In this document: positions 1 through 14,724 of the stretch, piece after piece
How the letters are laid out: each line of letters begins with the position of its first letter
Numbering within the stretch: the stretch's first letter is position 1
NCBI GenBank assembly: GCA_964016885.1
Contig: OZ024740.1
Coordinates: forward strand, 22,134,001-22,198,000
Length of the DNA: 64,000 bases
Origin: Eledone cirrhosa
Lineage: Eukaryota
Direction of reading: 5' to 3'
The notes under the pieces: generated by a model
What the model was told of the DNA's origin: nothing
Seen by the model: only the letters and a program-made list of their open reading frames with translations
Databases searched by the model: none
Translations under genes and position numbers: made by a program

Positions 1-3000
1 GGTGACATATTATGGGAGGACATATACCCATGAGCGACAGTTGGTCTTCCATAACTCACTTTGTTGACATATTGAAGGAGGACATGTACCCATGAGCGAC
101 AGCTGGTCTTCCATAACTCACTTTGGTGACATATTGAGGGAGGACATGTACCCACGAGCGACAGCTGGTCTTCCATAACTCACTTTGGTGACATATTGAG
201 GGAGGACATGTACCCACGAGCGACAGCTGGTCTTCCATAACTCACTTTGGTGACATATTGAGGGAGGACATGTACCCATGAGCGACAGTTGGTCTTCCAT
301 AAGTCACTTTGGTGACATATTGATGGAGGACATGTACCCATGAGCGACAGTTGGTCTTCCATAACTCACTTTGGTGACATATTGAGGGAGGACATGTACC
401 CACGAGCGACAGCTGGTCTTCCATAACTCACTTTGGTGACATATTGAAGGAGGACATGTACCCACGAGCGACAGCTGGTCTTCCATAACTCACTTTGGTG
501 ACATATTGAGGGAGGACATGTACCCATGAGCGACAGTTGGTCTTCCATAACTCACTTTGTTGACATATTGAGGGAGGACATGTACTCATGAGCGACAGTT
601 GGTCTTCCATAACTCACTTTGGTGACATATTGAGGGAGGACATGTACCCATGAGCGACAGTTGGTCTTCCATAACTCACTTTGGTGACATATTGAGGGAG
701 GACATGTACCCATGAGCGACAGTTGGTCTTCCATAACTCACTTTGTTGACATATTGAGGGAGGACATGTACCCACGAGCGACAGCTGGTCTTCCATAACT
801 CACTTTGGTGACATATTGAGGGAGGACATGTACCCATGAGCGACAGCTGGTCTTCCATAACTCACTTTGGTGACATATTGAGGGAGGACATGTACTCATG
901 AGCGACAGTTGGTCTTCCATAACTCACTTTGGTGACATATTGAGGGAGGACATGTACCCATGAGCGACAGTTGGTCTTCCATAAGTCACTTGGTGACATA
1001 TTGAGGGAGGACATGTACCCATGAGCGACAGTTGGTCTTCCATAACTCACTTTGGTGACATATTGTGGGAGGACATGTACCCATGAGCGACAGCTGGTCT
1101 TCCATAACTCACTCTGGTGACATATTGAGGGAGGACATGTAATCATTAGCGACAGTTGGTCTTCCATAACTCACTTTGGTGACATATTGAGGGAGGACAT
1201 GTACCCATGAGCGACAGTTGGTCTTCCATAAGTCACTTGGTGACATATTGAAGGAGGACATGTACCCATGAGCGACAGTTGGTCTTCCATAACTCACTTT
1301 GGTGACATATTGAGGGAAGACATGTACCCATGAGCGACAGCTGGTCTTCCATAACTCACTCTGGTGACATATTGAGGGAGGACATGTACTCATGAGCGAC
1401 AGTTGGTCTTCCATAACTCACTTTGGTGACATATTGAAGGAGGACATGTACCCATGAGCGACAGTTGGTCTTCCATAACTCACTTTGGTGACATATTGAG
1501 GGAAGACATGTACCCATGAGCGACAGCTGGTCTTCCATAACTCACTTTGGTGACATATTGAGGGAGGACATGTACTCATGAGCGACAGTTGGTCTTCCAT
1601 AACTCACTTTGGTGACATATTGAGGGAGGACATGTACCCATGAGCGACAGTTGGTCTTCCATAACTCACTTTGGTGACATATTGAGGGAGGACATGTACT
1701 CATGAGCGATAGTTGGTCTTCCATAACTCACTTTGGTGACATATTGAGGGAGGACATGTACCCATGAGCGACAGTTGGTCTTCCATAACTCACTTTGGTG
1801 ACATATTGAGGGAGGACATGTACTCATGAGCGACAGCTGGTCTTCCATAACTCACTCTGGTGACATATTGAGGGAGGACATGTACTCATGAGCGACAGTT
1901 GGTCTTCCATAACTCACTTTGGTGACATATTGTGGGTGGACATGTACCCATGAGCGACAGTTGGTCTTCCATAAGTCACTTTGGTGACATATTGAGGGAG
2001 GACATGTACTCATGAGCGACAGTTGGTCTTCCATAACTCACTTTGGTGACATATTGTGGGAGGACATGTACCCATGAGCGACAGCTGGTCTTCCATAACT
2101 CACTCTGGTGACATATTGAGGGAGGACATGTACCCATGAGCGACAGTTGGACTTCCATAAGTCACTTTGGTGACATATTGTGGGAGGCCATGTACCCATG
2201 AACAACAGTTGGTCTTCCATAACTCACTTTGGTGACATATTGAGGGAGGACATGTACTCATGAGCGACAGTTGGTCTTCCATAACTCACTTTGGTGACAT
2301 ATTGTGGGAGGCCATGTACCCATGAGCGACAGTTGGTCTTCCATAAGTCACTTTGGTGACATATTGAGGGAGGACATGTACCCATGAGCGACAGTTGGTC
2401 TTCCATAACTCACTTTGTTGACATATTGAGGGAGGACATGTACACACGAGCGACAGCTGGTTTTCCATAACTCACTTTGGTCACATATTGAGGGAGGACA
2501 GGTACCCACGAGCGACAGCTGGTCTTCCATAACTCACTTTGTTGACATATTGAGGGAGGACATGTACCCACCAGCGACAGCTGGTCTTCCATAACTAACT
2601 CTGGTGACATATTGAGGGAGGACATGTACCCACCAGCGACAGCTGGTCTTCCATAACTCACTCTGGTGACATATTGAGGGAGGACATGTACCCATGAGCG
2701 ACAGTTGGTCTTCCATAAGTCACTTTGGTGACATGTTGAGGGATAACATGTACCCACGAGCGACAGCTGGTCTTCCATATCTCATTTTGGTGACATATTG
2801 AGGGAGGACATGTACCCACGAGCGACAGCTGGTCTTCCATAACTCACTTTGGTGACATATTGAGGGAGGACATGTACCCATGAGCGACAGCTGGTCTTCC
2901 ATAAGTCACTTTGGTGACATATTGAGGGAGGACATGTACCCACGAGCGACAGCTGGTCTTCCATAACTCACTTTGGTGACATATTGAGGGAGGACATGTA

Positions 3001-6000
3001 CCCACGAGCGACAGCTGGTCTTCCATAACTCACTTTGGTGACATATTGAGGGAGGACATGTACCCATGAGCGACAGTTGGTCTTCCATAAGTCACTTTGG
3101 TGACATATTGAGGGAGGACATGTACCCATGAGCGACAGTTGGTCTTCCATAACTCACTTTGGTGACATATTGAGGGAGGACATGTACCCACGAGCGACAG
3201 CTGGTCTTCCATAACTCACTTTGTTGACATATTGAGGGAGGACATGTACACACGAGCGACAGCTGGTTTTCCATAACTCACTTTGGTGACATATTGAGGG
3301 AGGACATGTACCCACGAGCGACAGTTGGTCTTCCATAACTCACTTTGGTGACATATTGAGGGAGGACAGGTACCCACGAGCGACAGCTGGTCTTCCATAA
3401 CTCACTTTGTTGACATATTGAGGGAGGACATGTACCCACCAGCGACAGCTGGTCTTCCATAACTCACTCTGGTGACATATTGAGGGAGGACATGTACCCA
3501 CCAGCGACAGCTGGTCTTCCATAACTCACTCTGGTGACATATTGAGGGAGGACATGTACCCATGAGCGACAGTTGGTCTTCCATAAGTCACTTTGGTGAC
3601 ATGTTGAGGGATAACATGTACCAAGGAGCGACAGCTGGTCTTCCATAAGTCACTTTGGTGACATATTGAAGGAGGACATGTACCCATGAGCGACAGTTGG
3701 TCTTCCATAAGTCACTTTGGTGACATGTTGAGGGATAACATGTACCCACGAGCGACAGCTGGTCTTCCATAACTCATTTTGGTGACATATTGAGGGAGGA
3801 CATGTACCCACGAGCGACAGCTGGTCTTCCATAACTCACTTTGGTGACATATTGAGGGAGGACATGTACCCATGAGCGACAGCTGGTCTTCCATAAGTCA
3901 CTTTGGTGACATATTGAGGGAGGACATGTACCCACGAGCGACAGCTGGTCTTCCATAACTCACTTTGGTGACATATTGAGGGAGGACATGTACCCACGAG
4001 CGACAGCTGGTCTTCCATAACTCATTTTGGTGACATATTGAGGGAGGACATGTACCCATGAGCGACAGTTGGTCTTCCATAACTCACTTTGGTGACATAT
4101 TGAGGGAGGACATGTACCCACGAGCGACAGCTGGTCTTCCATAACTCACTTTGGTGACATATTGAGGGAGGACATGTACCCATGAGCGACAGCTGGTCTT
4201 CCATAACTCACTTTGGTGACATATTGAGGGAGGACATGTACTCATGAGCGACAGCTGGTCTTCCATAACTCACTTTGGTGACATATTGAGGGAGGACATG
4301 TACCAAGGAGCGACAGTTGGTCTTCCATAAGTCACTTTGGTGACATATTGAAGGAGGTCATGTACTCATGAGCGACAGTTGGTCTTCCATAACTCACTTT
4401 GGTGACATATTGAGGGAGGACATGTACCCATGAGCGACAGTTGGTCTTCCATAAGTCACTTGGTGACATATTGAAGGAGGACATGTACCCATGAGCGACA
4501 GTTGGTCTTCCATAACTCACTTTGGTGACATATTGTGGGAGGACATGTACCCATGAGCGACAGCTGGTCTTCCATAATTCACTCTGGTGACATATTGAGG
4601 GAGGACATGTACTCATGAGCGACAGTTGGTCTTCCATAACTCACTTTGGTGACATATTGAGGGAGGACATGTACCCATGAGCGACAGTTGGTCTTCCATA
4701 ACTCACTTTGGTGACATATTGAGGGAGGACATGTACTCATGAGCGACAGTTGGTCTTCCATAACTCACTCTGGTGACATATTGAGGGAGGACATGTACTC
4801 ATGAGCGACAGTTGGTCTTCCATAACTCACTTTGGTGACATATTGAGGGAGGACATGTACCCATGAGCGACAGCTGGTCTTCCATAACTCACTCTGGTGA
4901 CATATTGAGGGAGGACATGTACTCATGAGCGACAGTTGGTCTTCCATAACTCACTTTGGTGACATATTGTGTGTGGACATGTACCCATGAGCGACAGTTG
5001 GTCTTCCATAAGTCGCTTTGGTGACATATTGAGGGAGGACATGTACTCATGAGCGACAGTTGGTCTTCCATAACTCACTTTGGTGACATATTGTGGGAGG
5101 ACATGTACCCATGAGCGACAGCTGGTCTTCCATAACTCACTCTGGTGACATATTGAGGGAGGACATGTACTCATGAGCGAAAGTTGGTCTTCCATAACTC
5201 ACTTTGGTGACATATTGTGGGTGGACATGTACCCATGAGCGACAGTTGGACTTCCATAAGTCACTTTGGTGACATATTGAGGGAGGACATGTACTCATGA
5301 GCGACAGTTGGTCTTCCATAAGTCACTTTGGTGACATATTGTGGGAGGCCATGTACCCATGAGCGACAGTTGGTCTTCCATAACTCACTCTGGTGACATA
5401 TTGAGGGAGGACATGTACTCATGAGCGACAGTTGGTCTTCCATAACTCACTTTGGTGACATATTGTGGGTGGACATGTACCCATGAGCGACAGTTGGTCT
5501 TCCATAAGTCACTTTGGTGACATATTGAGGGAGGACATGTACTCATGAGCGACAGTTGGTCTTCCATAAGTCACTTTGGTGACATATTGTGGGAGGACAT
5601 GTACCCATGAGCGACAGCTGGTCTTCCATAACTCACTCTGGTGACATATTGAGGGAGGACGCGTACTCATGAGCGACAGTTGGTCTTCCATAACTCACTG
5701 TGGTGACATATTGAGGGAGGACATGTACTCATGAGCGACAGTTGGTCTTCCATAACTCACTTTGGTGACATATTGTGGGTGGACATGTACCCATGAGCGA
5801 CAGTTGGTCTTCCATAAGTCACTTTGGTGACGTATTGAGGGAGAACATGTACCCATTAGCGACAGCTGGTCTTCCATAAGACACTTTGGTGACATATTGA
5901 GGGAGGACATGTACCCACGAGCGACAGCTGGTCTTCCATAACTCACTTTGTTGACATATTGAGGGAGGACATGTACCCACGAGCGACAGCTGGTCTTCCA

Positions 6001-9000
6001 TAACTCACTTTGGTGACATATTGAGGGAGGACATGTACCCACGAGCGACAGTTGGTCTTAAATAAATCACTTTGGTGACATATTGAGGGAGGACAGGTAC
6101 CCACGAGCGACAGCTGGTCTTCCATAACTCACTTTGTTGACATATTGAGGGAGGACATGTACCCACGAGCGACAGCTGGTCTTCCATAACTCACTTTGTT
6201 GACATATTGAGGGAGGACATGTACCCACGAGCGACAGCTGGTCTTCCATAACTCACTTTGTTGACATATTGAGGGAGGACATGTACCCACCAGCGACAGC
6301 TGGTCTTCCATAACTCACTCTGGTGACATATTGAGGGAGGACATGTACCCATGAGCGACAGTTGGTCTTCCATAAGTCACTTTGGTGACATGTTGAGGGA
6401 TAACATGTACCAAGGAGCGACAGCTGGTCTTCCATAAGTCACTTTGGTGACATATTGAAGGAGGACATGTACCCATGAGCGACAGTTGGTCTTCCATAAT
6501 CACTTTGGTGACATATTGAGGGAGGACATGTACCCACGAGCGACAGCTGGTCTTCCATAACTCACTTTGGTGACATATTGAGGGAGGACATGTACCCACG
6601 AGCGACAGCTGGTCTTCCATAACTCACTTTGGTGACATATTGAGGGAGGACATGTACCCATGAGCGACAGCTGGTCTTCCATAAGTCACTTTGGTGACAT
6701 ATTGAGGGAGGACATGTACCCACGAGCGACAGCTGGTCTTCCATAATCACTTTGGTGACATATTGAGGGAGGACATGTACCCACGAGCGACAGCTGGTCT
6801 TCCATAACTCACTTTGGTGACATATTGAGGGAGGACATGTACCCATGAGCGACAGCTGGTCTTCCATAAGTCACTTTGGTGACATATTGAGGGAGGACAT
6901 GTACCCATGAGCGACAGCTGGTCTTCAATAAGTCACTTTGGTGACATATTGAGGGAGGACATGTACCCATGAGCGACAGCTGGTCTTCCATAACTCACTT
7001 TGGTGACATTGAGGGAGGACATGTACCCATGAGCGACAGTTGGTCTTCCATAACTCACTTTGGTGACATATTGAGGGAGGACATGTACCCATGAGCGACA
7101 GTTGGTCTTCCATAACTCACTTTGGTGACATATTGAGGGAGGACATGTACCCATGAGCGACAGTTGGTCTTCCATAACTCACTTTGGTGACATATTGAGG
7201 GAGGACATGTACCCATGAGCGACAGCTGGTCTTCCATAACTCACTCTGGTGACATATTGAGGGAGGACATGTACCCATGAGCGACAGTTGGTCTTCCATA
7301 ACTCACTTTGGTGACATATTGAGGGAGGACATGTACTCATGAACGACAGTTGGTCTTCCATAACTCACTCTGGTGACATATTGAGGGAGGACATGTACCC
7401 ATGAGCGACAGCTGGTCTTCCATAAGTCACTTTGGTGACATATTGAGGGAGGACATGTACCCATGAGCGACAGTTGGTCTTCCATAAGTCACCTTGGTGA
7501 CATATTGTGGGTGGACATGTACCCATGAGCGACAGTTGGTCTTCCATAACTCACTTTGGTGACATATTGAGGGAGGACATGTACCCATTAGCGACAGCTG
7601 GTCTTCCATAAGACACTTTGGTGACATATTGAGGGAGGACATGTACCCATGAGCGACAGTTGGTCTTCCATAAGTCACTTTGGTGACATATTGAGGGAGG
7701 ACATGTACCCATTAGCGACAGCTGGTCTTCCATAAGACACTTTGGTGACATATTGAGGGAGGACATGTACCCATGAGCGACAGTTGGTCTTCCATAAGTC
7801 ACTTTGGTGACATATTGAGGGAGGACATGTACCCATGAGCGACAGCTGGTCTTCCATAACTCACTTTGGTGACATATTGAAGGAGGACATGTACCCATGA
7901 GCGACAGCTGGTCTTCCATAACTCACTTTGGTGACATATTGAGGGAGGACATGTACCCATTAGCGACAGCTGGTCTTCCATAAGACACTTTGGTGACATA
8001 TTGAGGGAGGACATGTACCCATGAGCGACAGTTGGTCTTCCATAACTCACTTTGGTGACATATTGAGGGAGGACATGTACCCATGAGCGACAGCTGGTCT
8101 TCCATAACTCACTTTGGTGACATATTGAGGGAGGACATGTACCCATTAGCGACAGCTGGTCTTCCATAAGACACTTTGGTGACATATTGAGGGAGGACAT
8201 GTACCCATGAGCGACAGTTGGTCTTCCATAAGTCACTTTGGTGACATATTGAGGGAGGACATGTACCCATGAGCGACAGCTGGTCTTCCATAACTCACTT
8301 TGGTGACATATTGAGGGAGGACATGTACCCACCAGCGACAGCTGGTCTTCCATAACTCACTCTGGTGACATATTGAGGGAGGACATGTACCCATGAGCGA
8401 CAGTTGGTCTTCCATAAGTCACTTTGGTGACATGTTGAGGGATAACATGTACCAAGGAGCGACAGCTGGTCTTCCATAAGTCACTTTGGTGACATATTGA
8501 AGGAGGACATGTACCCATGAGCGACAGTTGGTCTTCCATAATCACTTTGGTGACATATTGAGGGAGGACATGTACCCACGAGCGACAGCTGGTCTTCCAT
8601 AACTCACTTTGGTGACATATTGAGGGAGGACATGTACCCACGAGCGACAGCTGGTCTTCCATAACTCACTTTGGTGACATATTGAGGGAGGACATGTACC
8701 CATGAGCGACAGCTGGTCTTCCATAAGTCACTTTGGTGACATATTGAGGGAGGACATGTACCCACGAGCGACAGCTGGTCTTCCATAATCACTTTGGTGA
8801 CATATTGAGGGAGGACATGTACCCACGAGCGACAGCTGGTCTTCCATAACTCACTTTGGTGACATATTGAGGGAGGACATGTACCCATGAGCGACAGCTG
8901 GTCTTCCATAAGTCACTTTGGTGACATATTGAGGGAGGACATGTACCCATGAGCGACAGCTGGTCTTCAATAAGTCACTTTGGTGACATATTGAGGGAGG

Positions 9001-12000
9001 ACATGTACCCATGAGCGACAGCTGGTCTTCCATAACTCACTTTGGTGACATTGAGGGAGGACATGTACCCATGAGCGACAGTTGGTCTTCCATAACTCAC
9101 TTTGGTGACATATTGAGGGAGGACATGTACCCATGAGCGACAGTTGGTCTTCCATAACTCACTTTGGTGACATATTGAGGGAGGACATGTACCCATGAGC
9201 GACAGTTGGTCTTCCATAACTCACTTTGGTGACATATTGAGGGAGGACATGTACCCATGAGCGACAGCTGGTCTTCCATAACTCACTCTGGTGACATATT
9301 GAGGGAGGACATGTACCCATGAGCGACAGTTGGTCTTCCATAACTCACTTTGGTGACATATTGAGGGAGGACATGTACTCATGAACGACAGTTGGTCTTC
9401 CATAACTCACTCTGGTGACATATTGAGGGAGGACATGTACCCATGAGCGACAGCTGGTCTTCCATAAGTCACTTTGGTGACATATTGAGGGAGGACATGT
9501 ACCCATGAGCGACAGTTGGTCTTCCATAAGTCACCTTGGTGACATATTGTGGGTGGACATGTACCCATGAGCGACAGTTGGTCTTCCATAACTCACTTTG
9601 GTGACATATTGAGGGAGGACATGTACCCATTAGCGACAGCTGGTCTTCCATAAGACACTTTGGTGACATATTGAGGGAGGACATGTACCCATGAGCGACA
9701 GTTGGTCTTCCATAAGTCACTTTGGTGACATATTGAGGGAGGACATGTACCCATTAGCGACAGCTGGTCTTCCATAAGACACTTTGGTGACATATCGAGG
9801 GAGGACATGTACCCATGAGCGACAGTTGGTCTTCCATAAGTCACTTTGGTGACATATTGAGGGAGGACATGTACCCATGAGCGACAGCTGGTCTTCCATA
9901 ACTCACTTTGGTGACATATTGAAGGAGGACATGTACCCATGAGCGACAGCTGGTCTTCCATAACTCACTTTGGTGACATATTGAGGGAGGACATGTACCC
10001 ATTAGCGACAGCTGGTCTTCCATAAGACACTTTGGTGACATATTGAGGGAGGACATGTACCCATGAGCGACAGTTGGTCTTCCATAACTCACTTTGGTGA
10101 CATATTGAGGGAGGACATGTACCCATGAGCGACAGCTGGTCTTCCATAACTCACTTTGGTGACATATTGAGGGAGGACATGTACCCATTAGCGACAGCTG
10201 GTCTTCCATAACTCACTTTGGTGACATATTGAGGGAGGACATGTACCCACGAGCGACAGCTGGTCTTCCATAACTCACTTTGGTGACATATTGAGGGAGG
10301 ACATGTACCCATGAGCGACAGCTGGTCTTCCATAAGTCACTTTGGTGACATATTGAGGGAGGACATGTACCCACGAGCGACAGCTGGTCTTCCATAATCA
10401 CTTTGGTGACATATTGAGGGAGGACATGTACCCACGAGCGACAGCTGGTCTTCCATAACTCACTTTGGTGACATATTGAGGGAGGACATGTACCCATGAG
10501 CGACAGCTGGTCTTCCATAAGTCACTTTGGTGACATATTGAGGGAGGACATGTACCCATGAGCGACAGCTGGTCTTCAATAAGTCACTTTGGTGACATAT
10601 TGAGGGAGGACATGTACCCATGAGCGACAGCTGGTCTTCCATAACTCACTTTGGTGACATTGAGGGAGGACATGTACCCATGAGCGACAGTTGGTCTTCC
10701 ATAACTCACTTTGGTGACATATTGAGGGAGGACATGTACCCATGAGCGACAGTTGGTCTTCCATAACTCACTTTGGTGACATATTGAGGGAGGACATGTA
10801 CCCATGAGCGACAGTTGGTCTTCCATAACTCACTTTGGTGACATATTGAGGGAGGACATGTACCCATGAGCGACAGCTGGTCTTCCATAACTCACTCTGG
10901 TGACATATTGAGGGAGGACATGTACCCATGAGCGACAGTTGGTCTTCCATAACTCACTTTGGTGACATATTGAGGGAGGACATGTACTCATGAACGACAG
11001 TTGGTCTTCCATAACTCACTCTGGTGACATATTGAGGGAGGACATGTACCCATGAGCGACAGCTGGTCTTCCATAAGTCACTTTGGTGACATATTGAGGG
11101 AGGACATGTACCCATGAGCGACAGTTGGTCTTCCATAAGTCACCTTGGTGACATATTGTGGGTGGACATGTACCCATGAGCGACAGTTGGTCTTCCATAA
11201 CTCACTTTGGTGACATATTGAGGGAGGACATGTACCCATTAGCGACAGCTGGTCTTCCATAAGACACTTTGGTGACATATTGAGGGAGGACATGTACCCA
11301 TGAGCGACAGTTGGTCTTCCATAAGTCACTTTGGTGACATATTGAGGGAGGACATGTACCCATTAGCGACAGCTGGTCTTCCATAAGACACTTTGGTGAC
11401 ATATTGAGGGAGGACATGTACCCATGAGCGACAGTTGGTCTTCCATAAGTCACTTTGGTGACATATTGAGGGAGGACATGTACCCATGAGCGACAGCTGG
11501 TCTTCCATAACTCACTTTGGTGACATATTGAAGGAGGACATGTACCCATGAGCGACAGCTGGTCTTCCATAACTCACTTTGGTGACATATTGAGGGAGGA
11601 CATGTACCCATTAGCGACAGCTGGTCTTCCATAAGACACTTTGGTGACATATTGAGGGAGGACATGTACCCATGAGCGACAGTTGGTCTTCCATAACTCA
11701 CTTTGGTGACATATTGAGGGAGGACATGTACCCATGAGCGACAGCTGGTCTTCCATAACTCACTTTGGTGACATATTGAGGGAGGACATGTACCCATTAG
11801 CGACAGCTGGTCTTCCATAAGACACTTTGGTGACATATTGAGGGAGGACATGTACCCATGAGCGACAGTTGGTCTTCCATAAGTCACTTTGGTGACATAT
11901 TGAGGGAGGACATGTACCCATGAGCGACAGCTGGTCTTCCATAACTCACTTTGGTGACATATTGAGGGAGGACATGTACCCATGAGCGACAGCTGGTCTT

Positions 12001-12105
12001 CCATAACTCACTTTGGTGACATATTGAGGGAGGACATGTACCCACGAGCGACAGCTGGTTTTCCATAAGTCACTTGGTGACATATTGTGGGAGGACATGT
12101 ACTCA
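1..12105. repeat. 62-bp tandem satellite, about 195 copies, running off the left edge
   Basis: Consensus GGTGACATATTGAGGGAGGACATGTACCCATGAGCGACAG(T/C)TGGTCTTCCATAA(C/G)TCACTTT repeats without spacers. The ORF track shows 60-aa ORFs offset by 62 nt. Confidence 0.99.
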
Positions 12106-12611
12106 CTCATTAATAATCTCTCTAATTGCAACTGCCGCATTAAAAATAAATGTCCTCTCAACAACCATTGCCTCGATAAAAACTTAATTTATGAATGTAA
12201 AATTATAACTAGCACCAATTCCTTCACCTATTTTGGCTCCACTTCCACCTCTTTTAAAGCTCGTCTCTATAATCATCATTCATCTTTCAAATACAAACTT
12301 AAAAGAACTAACACTGCTCTCTCAGAACTTATATGGTCCTTAAAAGACAAAAACATTAAATATAACATCTTTTGGAAAAAGATTTCTTCTGCATCCTCGT
12401 ACTTGAACAGCTCTCTATCTAAAATCTGTAATCTCTGCCTAAATGAAAAATTTACCATTATCTCTAACCTAGAATCCATAATAAATAGACGCTCGGATTT
12501 GTTTTCCATCTGCCTGCATAAATTCCATAGAACTTTTCACAAAGTATACAGTTAATATTCAATTCTTTATCAATTTAGAATCTTTTCTCAAAGGCACATA
12601 TACATACACCT

Positions 12612-13660
12612 CTTTAAAATATACCCATCTACCTTACTTTAAAGGGCATTATACACTCTATAATACTCGCTTACTCATCACCCTCATCCTATCTTCTCGT
12701 AAAACAATAACATTTGTTTTTGACATTTTGAATATTCATCCGCAATCATTATTATTTTTTTCCCTCTATCATAAATCTTTTTAATCTCAATTTCATCCTT
12801 AATTTATTATTATATATTTTTTTTAATATATACTCATATATTCTTTAAAATATACCCATCTACCTTACTTTAAAGGGCATTATACACTCTATAATACCCG
12901 TTTACTCATCACCCTCTTTCTATCTCCTCGTAAAACAATAACATTTGTTTTTGACATTTTGAGTATTCATCCGCAATCATTATTATTTTTTCTCTCTATC
13001 ATAAATCTTTTTAATCTCAATTTCATCCTTAATTTATTATTATTTTTTTCTCCCCATCAACGAACTCATTATTAATACATATGAATTCAATATACAAACT
13101 TTAACTTCACATTATTTTTCTCAAATCCTTCTACACATAAACTTTTTCTCTTTGCTAATTTTAAAATTCCTACATTTCTTCTTTTGACGTTAGAATATTC
13201 ACCCACAATTATTATTTTTTTCTCTCTATCTCCATACATAATTTCCCTTCGTTAATTTTCAAATTCCTTTAATTTATACATTATCTTCCAACGGTTCCCA
13301 ACCTCTCTATATTAAAACATTATATCTTTTTCTCAGTTATAAAAACTATCTCTTTCTCTCTATCACCCATCTCTCCCTTTCCACCTTCACTCTCATCTCC
13401 TCCCCTTTTTTTCATCCTTTCCACCCCCCCCTCCCTAAATATAATATTTTTTCCTCGCACATATCCTCCCTTCGTTAATTTTCAAAATTTTTAATTTATA
13501 CAGTATCTTCCAACGGTTTTCAACCCCTCTATATAAAATATATCTCCTCTCAGTTATAAAAACTATCTCTTTCTCTCTATCACCCATCTCTCCCTCTCAT
13601 CTCCTTCCCTTTTCATCCCTTTCTCTCCCCCCTCTCTAAATAAAATATTTTTCCCAATAT
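12612..13660 (+). repeat. Two local direct duplications (~230 bp and ~220 bp periods) in the PLE 3' region
   Basis: CTTTAAAATATACCCATCTACC occurs at ~12612 and ~12843. CCCTTCGTTAATTTTCAAA occurs at ~13245 and ~13468. Confidence 0.85.
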
Positions 13661-13750
13661 CACACATCAATCTAAAACCACTTTTCATATGTTGATTTAA
13701 AACTGCACTATCAACAAGTGTTTTTTTAGCCTTCATATCATGTTCTCCTG

Positions 13751-13817
13751 TTTTATCTGATGAAAACACAAATATTATTGTTTGATGATGTTTGTTTTTG
13801 AAATGCGCATAATAAAA
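13751..13817 (+). ncRNA. Type I minimal hammerhead ribozyme
   Basis: TTTTAT-CTGATGA-[AAACACAAATATTATT..ATGATGTTTGTTTTT]-GAAA-TGCGCA-TA-ATAAAA. Stem I TTTTAT/ATAAAA, palindromic stem III, AUA cleavage triplet. Confidence 0.8.
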
Positions 13818-13943
13818 TATATTGAACTCCTTTAACCATCTTTTGATCTTATATTATGCATACTCCAGTCCCACAAACTGTAGAGTGCTTCTTATCCGAT
13901 ATCTGCATTGCTTTATTGTACTACAATAAAACTCACCTCCTAC

Positions 13944-13996
<53 letters not shown>

Positions 13997-14057
13997 TGTG
14001 TGTGGTTGTGTGATTGTATATATATATATATATATATGTATTATCCTCACATCCGCT

Positions 14058-14166
14058 TGCTCTGATGAATTGACTGGTTATAAACAAATTATTGGAGATC
14101 GATTGACGCAACATCAAGCGATTAGCGAGCTCTAGACCTACCAGATCAAAGAAACAATTGTCAGCA
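14058..14166 (+). ncRNA. Type I hammerhead with long stem II insertion (family also at 22192 and 47937)
   Basis: TGCT-CTGATGA-ATTGACTGG..CCAGATCAAA-GAAA-CAATTG-TC-AGCA. The downstream tail TTGTACAGCCAACCATGTTA is shared with the 22.3-kb and 48.07-kb copies. Confidence 0.75.
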
Positions 14167-14226
14167 CTGTGAATAAAGCCCTTATTGTACAGCCAACCAT
14201 GTTACTCTTATTTCTTGAATTATATA

Positions 14227-14308
<82 letters not shown>

Positions 14309-14550
14309 AAGAAAGTGAATGAAATATATTCATACACACCTAAGTGTTTATTAAGATATATCAAAGCTTAAGACTAGAGACAATCTGGACTGAATGTAAG
14401 ATTACATAATCCGTTGAGTATCTTATTAAATTTAATAAAAAATTAAAACAAAATACCTGATAACGATCAATACATAGTGTAGGTAGTACAGTGAAATACT
14501 GGTGGTGGTACCAAATCAAGCACTCTATACACAGACACAGACAGAGTGTA

Positions 14551-14724
14551 TATAATAGAAAAAACGAGGAAGTATTGTTTACATATGAAAAATATTTATT
14601 ACCTATCGACTTGTCAGTTCCTTAACTCATATGGTCGCCTTGAGTCAATCCTCCGCGAAACGCGAGTAACAGGTCGATACGCAATAAATATTTTTCATAT
14701 GTAAACGAAACCTCCTCGTTTTTT

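Larger units (their letters stand above)
12106..13945 (+). mobile_element. 5'-truncated Penelope-like element: GIY-YIG endonuclease remnant (to 12555) plus AT-rich 3' region with hammerhead, ending at (TA)n
   Basis: ORF 12085-12555 reads CNCRIKNKCPLNNHC..NLIYECKI..YFGSTSTSFKARLYNHHSSF..LSELIWSLKD..CNLCLNEK, a PLE-type GIY-YIG with a CxC-x5-C-x5-C linker. Its first 7 codons come from the satellite. The 3' boundary is approximate. Confidence 0.85.

Noticed and set aside
1-12105. CRISPR array or tandem peptide genes (MEDQLSL.. ORFs)
   Set aside because: There are no unique spacers or cas genes. The ORFs arise because the 62-bp unit cycles through three frames.
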